Part shown: positions 24,960-29,592 of the stretch, one piece after another
Position numbering within the stretch: the stretch's first letter is position 1
Layout: every line of letters starts with the position of its first letter
Source: Candidatus Saccharimonadales bacterium
Lineage (GTDB): Bacteria; Patescibacteriota; Saccharimonadia; Saccharimonadales; UBA4665
DNA: 29,592 bases
Reading direction: 5' to 3'
Assembly: GCA_036526215.1 (NCBI GenBank)
Contig: DATCYV010000112.1
Location: 1-29,592 of the forward strand
The notes under the pieces: model-generated
What the model saw: only the letters and a program-made list of their open reading frames with translations
What the model was told of the DNA's origin: nothing
Database searches by the model: none
Made by a program: the position numbers and the translations under genes

Positions 24960-26561
24960 ATGTCACGACTACCAACCCCCGGCCAAGACAACGGCACCTG
25001 GGGCAGTATCCTCAATGACTACCTAGCCCAAGCCCACAACACTGACGGCAGCCTCAAACCCGGCTCAGTCGGTGCTGCCCACATCCAAGACGGTGTCCTG
25101 CCCAAAACTAAGCTCGATACAGCCACCCAGGCTTCACTTACCAAAGCAGACGGATCCCTGCAGGCAGCCAATAACCTGAGTGATGTAGCTACACCAGCTA
25201 CGGCCAGGACAAACCTCGGGCTGGGGACAGCCGCAACAATGACTCCCGCAACCCTTGCGGCAGATACGGCGTTTAGTGGGACGTATGCCACCAAGAAAGC
25301 GGTCGCCCTCGGGCGGATCATGCGCGGTAGGAGCGTCCTCGACGCATACCCGAACGTCATGGCTAGCCCTCCAGCGATCACGTTCTCTGCAACCACGGGG
25401 ATCAGCCCGAACTACGACTACCAGCCCGACGAGTCCAGCCGCCTGACGATCCTCCAGGCCAACACGGCATGGAACGACCCGTCCGGTTTCCAGTACAACA
25501 CCTGGAGCATCTACCAGGAGTGGGGCGTCGAGTTCGACATCAACACCGGGGCTGCGACGGCCGTCGAGGTGAAGTGGCGGTGCTCGTCGAGCAACTCCGA
25601 GAAGTTCTGGGTGTGGCTCGACGGTGCTCCCACAACGGCATGGTTCGTGGCTCCGGGGGCACTGTCAACCACCGCTGGCAGCACGTACTACATGAACATC
25701 CCTGTGAGTGCAGGACAGCGTCGGATCAAGGTGCTGTGGATCAACGCCTCCTTCCGAGGGATCCGGGCGGCGCCGGGATGCTCTGTGCAGAAGACTCCAC
25801 CTCCGCCCTACCGGATCGCCGTCGTCGGGGACTCCTACATCGATGGCGGTTACTTGTCGCTGGCCAACAGCGACTGCATCGGCCCGCACCTGGCCGCCCT
25901 ACTGGGCGGTGATGTCGCTCTGTTCGGAACCGCCGGATCCGGGTACGTTGCAGGTTCCAACACGTTCGGCTCTGCCACTCGCGTTTCGGCCGTTCAGACG
26001 TTCAACCCGGATGCCGTCATCATTTACGGGTCGATCAATGACGATTCCTTGGCTGCATCAGTGCAGGCCGCAGCAACGGCGGCATTTGCCGCCTACCAGG
26101 TCGCCTTACCGAACGTTCCGATCTACGTGATCGGGCCGCAGCAGACCGCGGCAAACACAACGCTGGCCGCGAACCGGGCCGCGAACACCGCCGCCGTCAA
26201 GGCCGCTGCGCTGGCCGCCCCGAACGTGATCGGCTGGGACGACCCCTGCGGCGGGTACCTGGCGTCCACGCCTGCCTACGCTGGCGGCGCCAACTACGCG
26301 GTCGGCGACCTGGTCACCTACCAGGGTGGGGTCTACCAGTGCACGCAGACGGTGAGCAATGCTGGCGGCTCGATGAACCACGGGTCGTTCAACCGCACCT
26401 CATGGCTGTTCGGTACCGGCTACTCGGGGGCAACGGCCGGAGACGGAGATCGTGACATCGCGGTGGGGACCGATCAGATTCACCCTTCGGCGGCAGGATC
26501 GCTGATCCTCGCCCGGAAGATCGCCACGGACTTCCTGACCACGATCCGCGGACTGCTCTAA
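24960..26561 (+). CDS. SGNH/GDSL hydrolase with tail-fibre-like linker and inserted CBM5/12-like module
   Basis: GDSY, GTAGSGY, GSIND and DQIHP SGNH blocks; ANNLSDV..ARTNLGLG; YAVGDLVTYQGGVYQC; AGAAGGAG upstream. Confidence 0.85.
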   Translation: MSRLPTPGQDNGTWGSILNDYLAQAHNTDGSLKPGSVGAAHIQDGVLPKTKLDTATQASLTKADGSLQAANNLSDVATPATARTNLGLGTAATMTPATLAADTAFSGTYATKKAVALGRIMRGRSVLDAYPNVMASPPAITFSATTGISPNYDYQPDESSRLTILQANTAWNDPSGFQYNTWSIYQEWGVEFDINTGAATAVEVKWRCSSSNSEKFWVWLDGAPTTAWFVAPGALSTTAGSTYYMNIPVSAGQRRIKVLWINASFRGIRAAPGCSVQKTPPPPYRIAVVGDSYIDGGYLSLANSDCIGPHLAALLGGDVALFGTAGSGYVAGSNTFGSATRVSAVQTFNPDAVIIYGSINDDSLAASVQAAATAAFAAYQVALPNVPIYVIGPQQTAANTTLAANRAANTAAVKAAALAAPNVIGWDDPCGGYLASTPAYAGGANYAVGDLVTYQGGVYQCTQTVSNAGGSMNHGSFNRTSWLFGTGYSGATAGDGDRDIAVGTDQIHPSAAGSLILARKIATDFLTTIRGLL

Positions 26562-26642
26562 CTCGCCCATAACGGCGGCTAGCTGGCGCTTCGCCAACCA
26601 TCCCCTTGTCGGTGGCAGCAAGCAGCTGTAGAATACAAAACC

Positions 26643-27188
26643 ATGAGCAACTCTCGCAATAAACAGCCCATCGTCTACGCCTTCATTGACAGCCAAAACC
26701 TCAACCTTGGCACTCAAAGCGCTGGCTGGAAACTAGATTTTCGTAAGTTACGCCTGTACCTAAAGAACAAGTATGGTGTGCAGAGAGCGTACCTATTCAT
26801 TGGCCAAATGGCCGGGCAAGAGTCTCTTTACGATCGACTACAGAGTTATGGCTACCACTTGATCCTAAAACCAACCACCGAATACAAGGCTAACGGTCAG
26901 ATTGTGGTGAAGGGCAATGTTGATGCCGAGCTAGTCCTTTGGTCTGCCGCTAAAGTCATAGACGATTATGACAAAGCAATCATCGTAAGCGGGGACGGCG
27001 ATTTCCATTGCCTGGTTGAATATCTCCAAGAGAAAGATAAACTGTTTCACCTTATGGTGCCAAATGACAAATTCTCCAAGCTACTACGTAGGTTCACCAA
27101 GGAAATTGTTAGGACTAACCAACTGCGCAGGAAGTTAGAATATAAGCCAACAAAAAAGACTGGGAGTAGCGGTCGGTCGAAACCTTAG
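26643..27188 (+). CDS. NYN domain (LabA/DUF88, PIN-like) protein
   Basis: FIDSQNL, KGNVDAEL, VSGDGDF; TTGTCG-N17-TAGAAT upstream. Confidence 0.9.
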   Translation: MSNSRNKQPIVYAFIDSQNLNLGTQSAGWKLDFRKLRLYLKNKYGVQRAYLFIGQMAGQESLYDRLQSYGYHLILKPTTEYKANGQIVVKGNVDAELVLWSAAKVIDDYDKAIIVSGDGDFHCLVEYLQEKDKLFHLMVPNDKFSKLLRRFTKEIVRTNQLRRKLEYKPTKKTGSSGRSKP

Positions 27189-27208
27189 GCCTGCCCAGTC
27201 ATGGTGAT
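27152..27208 (-). ncRNA. Predicted 57-nt cis-antisense RNA overlapping the NYN 3' end
   Basis: Own promoter; sequence AUCACCAU-GACUGGG-...-GGU-UUCG-ACC-...-CCCAGUC-UUUUUU. Confidence 0.6.
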
Positions 27209-27214
27209 AGTGGT

Positions 27215-27243
27215 ATTGTAGCCGTTGGTAGTGGTTTTGTCAA
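27215..27243 (-). promoter_or_regulatory. Near-consensus sigma-70 promoter firing antisense into NYN
   Basis: Minus strand TTGACA (27243-27238)-N17-TACAAT (27220-27215). Confidence 0.75.
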
Positions 27244-27393
27244 CCGCTTGTGTGCCAAAGCGGTATATAGCGGCGGCTACATCACCCCTAGGTTAAGCCA
27301 ACCTCTTTGGCGAACCGGACAAGAAACGTCTAGTACTAATGGGGTGCGTCCTTGTAATGTTCTGGGTTTGCAATCTGTTATAATGATGTCACT

Positions 27394-29073
27394 ATGCAAA
27401 CAATACAATCAGCGCTCGAGAGCGTAATTCGGGATGAGTTTGACGTCGACGTCCAGCCCGAGCTTACGCGCCCAGACGAACAGTTTGGGGATTATGCCAC
27501 CAACGTCGCAATGCAATTGGCTGGCCGCTTGCGTCGCTCTCCGCGCGAGGTTGCTGAAGTATTGGTTGCCGCTCTTAAAGAAAAAATGGGCGATCAGGTC
27601 AAGGACGTTACCATCGCTGGCCCTGGCTTTGTGAATATTACGCTCAGCGATGCTTCGCTCGGTGAGCTTGCTTTGCAGGCCCCGACAAACAAGCCTACGA
27701 CATACAAAGGGCAGGTGGTTGTAGCCGAGTACTCTGATCCAAATCCGTTCAAGATTTTGCACGCAGGGCACCTGTATACCAGTGTGGTAGGCTATGCTAT
27801 TGGTAGTTTGCTTGAGGCTGCAGGCGGCGAAGTACACCGCGTAAACTTTGGCGGCGACGTTGGTTTGCATGTGGGCAAAACTATGTGGGCGATGCTCCAG
27901 GACCTCGGCGGTGAACACCCCGAAAAGCTGGCCGATATACCCGAGGCCGAGCGATCAGTCTGGATGGCGGGCTGCTACGTAAAGGGCAACAATGCCTACG
28001 ATGATGACGAAGCCGCCAAGGAGCAAATCGTTGCCCTGAACAAACGCGTGTACCAATTGCATGAGCAAAGTGACCACGATTCGCCGTTTGCGCAAATCTA
28101 TTGGACTTGCCGCCAGTGGAGCTATGAAGCATTTGATGTCTTCTATGACCGTATTGGTACGCCGTTTGAAAAATACTATCCAGAGAGCATATGCGCGCCG
28201 GTTGGTCTTAAAACGGTCCGCGAACACCTTGCCAAAGGGGTGTACGAAGAAAGTGACGGCGCCGTCGTGTTCAAGGGCGAGCCGTATGGTCTGCACACCC
28301 GCGTGTTCATTAACTCCCAGGGCATTCCCACATACGAAGCCAAAGACGTCGGCCTGATTATGCTCAAAAAGCAGGACTACAATTTTGACCGTTCAGTAGT
28401 GATTACCGACAACGGCCAGGGACAGTACATGGCGGTGGTTCTCAAGAGCATTGAACAGTTTGCCCCTGAGCTGACTAAGGCCACGAGCCATCTGACACAT
28501 GGTGTGCTCAAGATGAGGGGCGGCGTCAAGATGAGTTCACGCAAGGGCAACATTCTGCGTGCTGGTGACGTGCTCGATGCCGCGGCTAGTGCCAACCGTC
28601 AGGCCACGGGGCGCGAAGATGAGAGTGCAGTGCTTGGTGCTGTTAAGTATGCCTTTCTTAAACAGCGCATTGGACCGGATATTATTTATGATCCAGAAGA
28701 GTCGGTTAGCCTTGAGGGTAACTCGGGTCCGTACCTGCAATACGCCCACGCCAGGGCGCGGAGCATTTTGACAAAGGCGGCCGCCCAGCCGGTAGCGCGC
28801 ATACATGATTTGCTCGATGGGGGTGAGCGTAGTCTCGCCCGCAAAATCAGCGAATACCCGGAAGTTATTCAAAAAGCTGTCGACGAGATGATGCCACATT
28901 ATGTGTGTACTTATTTGTACGAGTTAGCTCAGGTGTTCAACCGTTTTTATGAGCATAACCGTGTGGTTGGTGATGAGCGAGAGCCGGTGCGTGCTGTGCT
29001 GGTCGGTCTGTACGCCGACGTTCTAAAGGATGGCTTAGGGCTCTTGGGTATTGTCGCGCCCGACCGGATGTAG
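27394..29073 (+). CDS. argS: Arginine--tRNA ligase
   Basis: FGDYATN, GPGFVN, EYSDPNPFKILHAGH, KMSSRKG, GPYLQYAHAR. Confidence 0.96.
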   Translation: MQTIQSALESVIRDEFDVDVQPELTRPDEQFGDYATNVAMQLAGRLRRSPREVAEVLVAALKEKMGDQVKDVTIAGPGFVNITLSDASLGELALQAPTNKPTTYKGQVVVAEYSDPNPFKILHAGHLYTSVVGYAIGSLLEAAGGEVHRVNFGGDVGLHVGKTMWAMLQDLGGEHPEKLADIPEAERSVWMAGCYVKGNNAYDDDEAAKEQIVALNKRVYQLHEQSDHDSPFAQIYWTCRQWSYEAFDVFYDRIGTPFEKYYPESICAPVGLKTVREHLAKGVYEESDGAVVFKGEPYGLHTRVFINSQGIPTYEAKDVGLIMLKKQDYNFDRSVVITDNGQGQYMAVVLKSIEQFAPELTKATSHLTHGVLKMRGGVKMSSRKGNILRAGDVLDAAASANRQATGREDESAVLGAVKYAFLKQRIGPDIIYDPEESVSLEGNSGPYLQYAHARARSILTKAAAQPVARIHDLLDGGERSLARKISEYPEVIQKAVDEMMPHYVCTYLYELAQVFNRFYEHNRVVGDEREPVRAVLVGLYADVLKDGLGLLGIVAPDRM

Positions 29074-29112
29074 CAGAATAAGATAACATAGGGTGGAGTA
29101 GGAGTTAACTGC

Positions 29113-29592
29113 ATGGCAACTACCAAAAGAGCTAAAGATTCAACGGTGGTTCCGGCTAAGAAGCCGGCGAAGTCAGCTAATAAAACGTCTAAAACGTCCT
29201 CTATGGCTGAGCGCGCGCAGGCGGCCGAAGCCCGTGCCGCTAGAGCCGAGAAGGCCTTGGACCGGCTGCGCGAAACAACTTCTGTTCGCAAACAATTCAA
29301 TGGATTTGTTGAGTTTTTGCGTGAACAGAGCGTGGTTGGTCTGGCTATCGGTTTGGTTTTGGGTACCCAAGCCAAAACATTGGTCGACCAACTTGTAACG
29401 AGTTTTATTAACCCGGCTACAGGCTTGCTGCTGCCGGGGCAGGGCACACTGGCGCAAAAGGTAGCGCATGTGCAGTTTAATGGCAAGTCGGCCGTCTTTG
29501 GCTGGGGTGCATTTGTGTACAGTTTGCTTACTTTTGTGATCGTGGCGGCGCTGGTGTACTTTGTTTTTAAGGGCTTGCATCTGGACAGGCTC
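29113..29592 (+). CDS. mscL: Large-conductance mechanosensitive channel MscL-like, partial (runs off window)
   Basis: Manual translation: FVEFLREQSVVGLAIGLVLG...LVTSFINP...WGAFVYSLLTFVIVAALVYF; AGGAG upstream; about 60-aa Lys/Ala-rich N-terminal extension. Confidence 0.85.
   Translation, partial: MATTKRAKDSTVVPAKKPAKSANKTSKTSSMAERAQAAEARAARAEKALDRLRETTSVRKQFNGFVEFLREQSVVGLAIGLVLGTQAKTLVDQLVTSFINPATGLLLPGQGTLAQKVAHVQFNGKSAVFGWGAFVYSLLTFVIVAALVYFVFKGLHLDRL

Noticed and set aside
27170-27190. Hammerhead ribozyme suggested by GGTCGAAAC
   Set aside because: No CUGAUGA core nearby on either strand
27750-27775. ArgS HAGH instead of HIGH
   Set aside because: Within normal variation of class I signature motifs
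1-29592. CRISPR array, transposase, integrase, rRNA
   Set aside because: No spaced direct repeats or diagnostic motifs found by inspection

Overview
Chromosomal segment (about 52% GC by eye) whose gene content fits Candidatus Saccharibacteria (TM7, Patescibacteria/CPR), genetic code 11; the taxonomy is inferred from gene content only. In order: end of a tandem array of VirB2/TrbC-like pilins, Hsp20, comF, three tRNA-Ser plus tRNA-Arg(GCG), membrane hypotheticals, an XRE-HAD fusion, a Fur-family regulator, valS, tsaD, a 477-aa orphan, murE, a divergent amidinotransferase-fold enzyme, CIRCE-groES-groEL, a compact Tat/sortase module, PGI/PMI, an OmpR-type two-component pair, DUF1361, a high-GC SGNH-hydrolase chimera, a NYN RNase, argS and a partial mscL. 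Main leads: (1) tatA-tatC, a stand-alone Tat-signal-like micro-protein and an LSNTG sortase substrate next to a sortase, where both small proteins carry a YGxGxYG motif; (2) a NYN (PIN-like) RNase gene overlapped at its 3' end by a predicted 57-nt antisense RNA with a near-consensus TTGACA-N17-TACAAT promoter and its own terminator; (3) a signal-less, actinobacterial-like SGNH enzyme behind a promoter containing a G9 tract; (4) an in-frame TAA in tatA; (5) widespread leaderless gene starts. No CRISPR array, integrase or transposase was seen.
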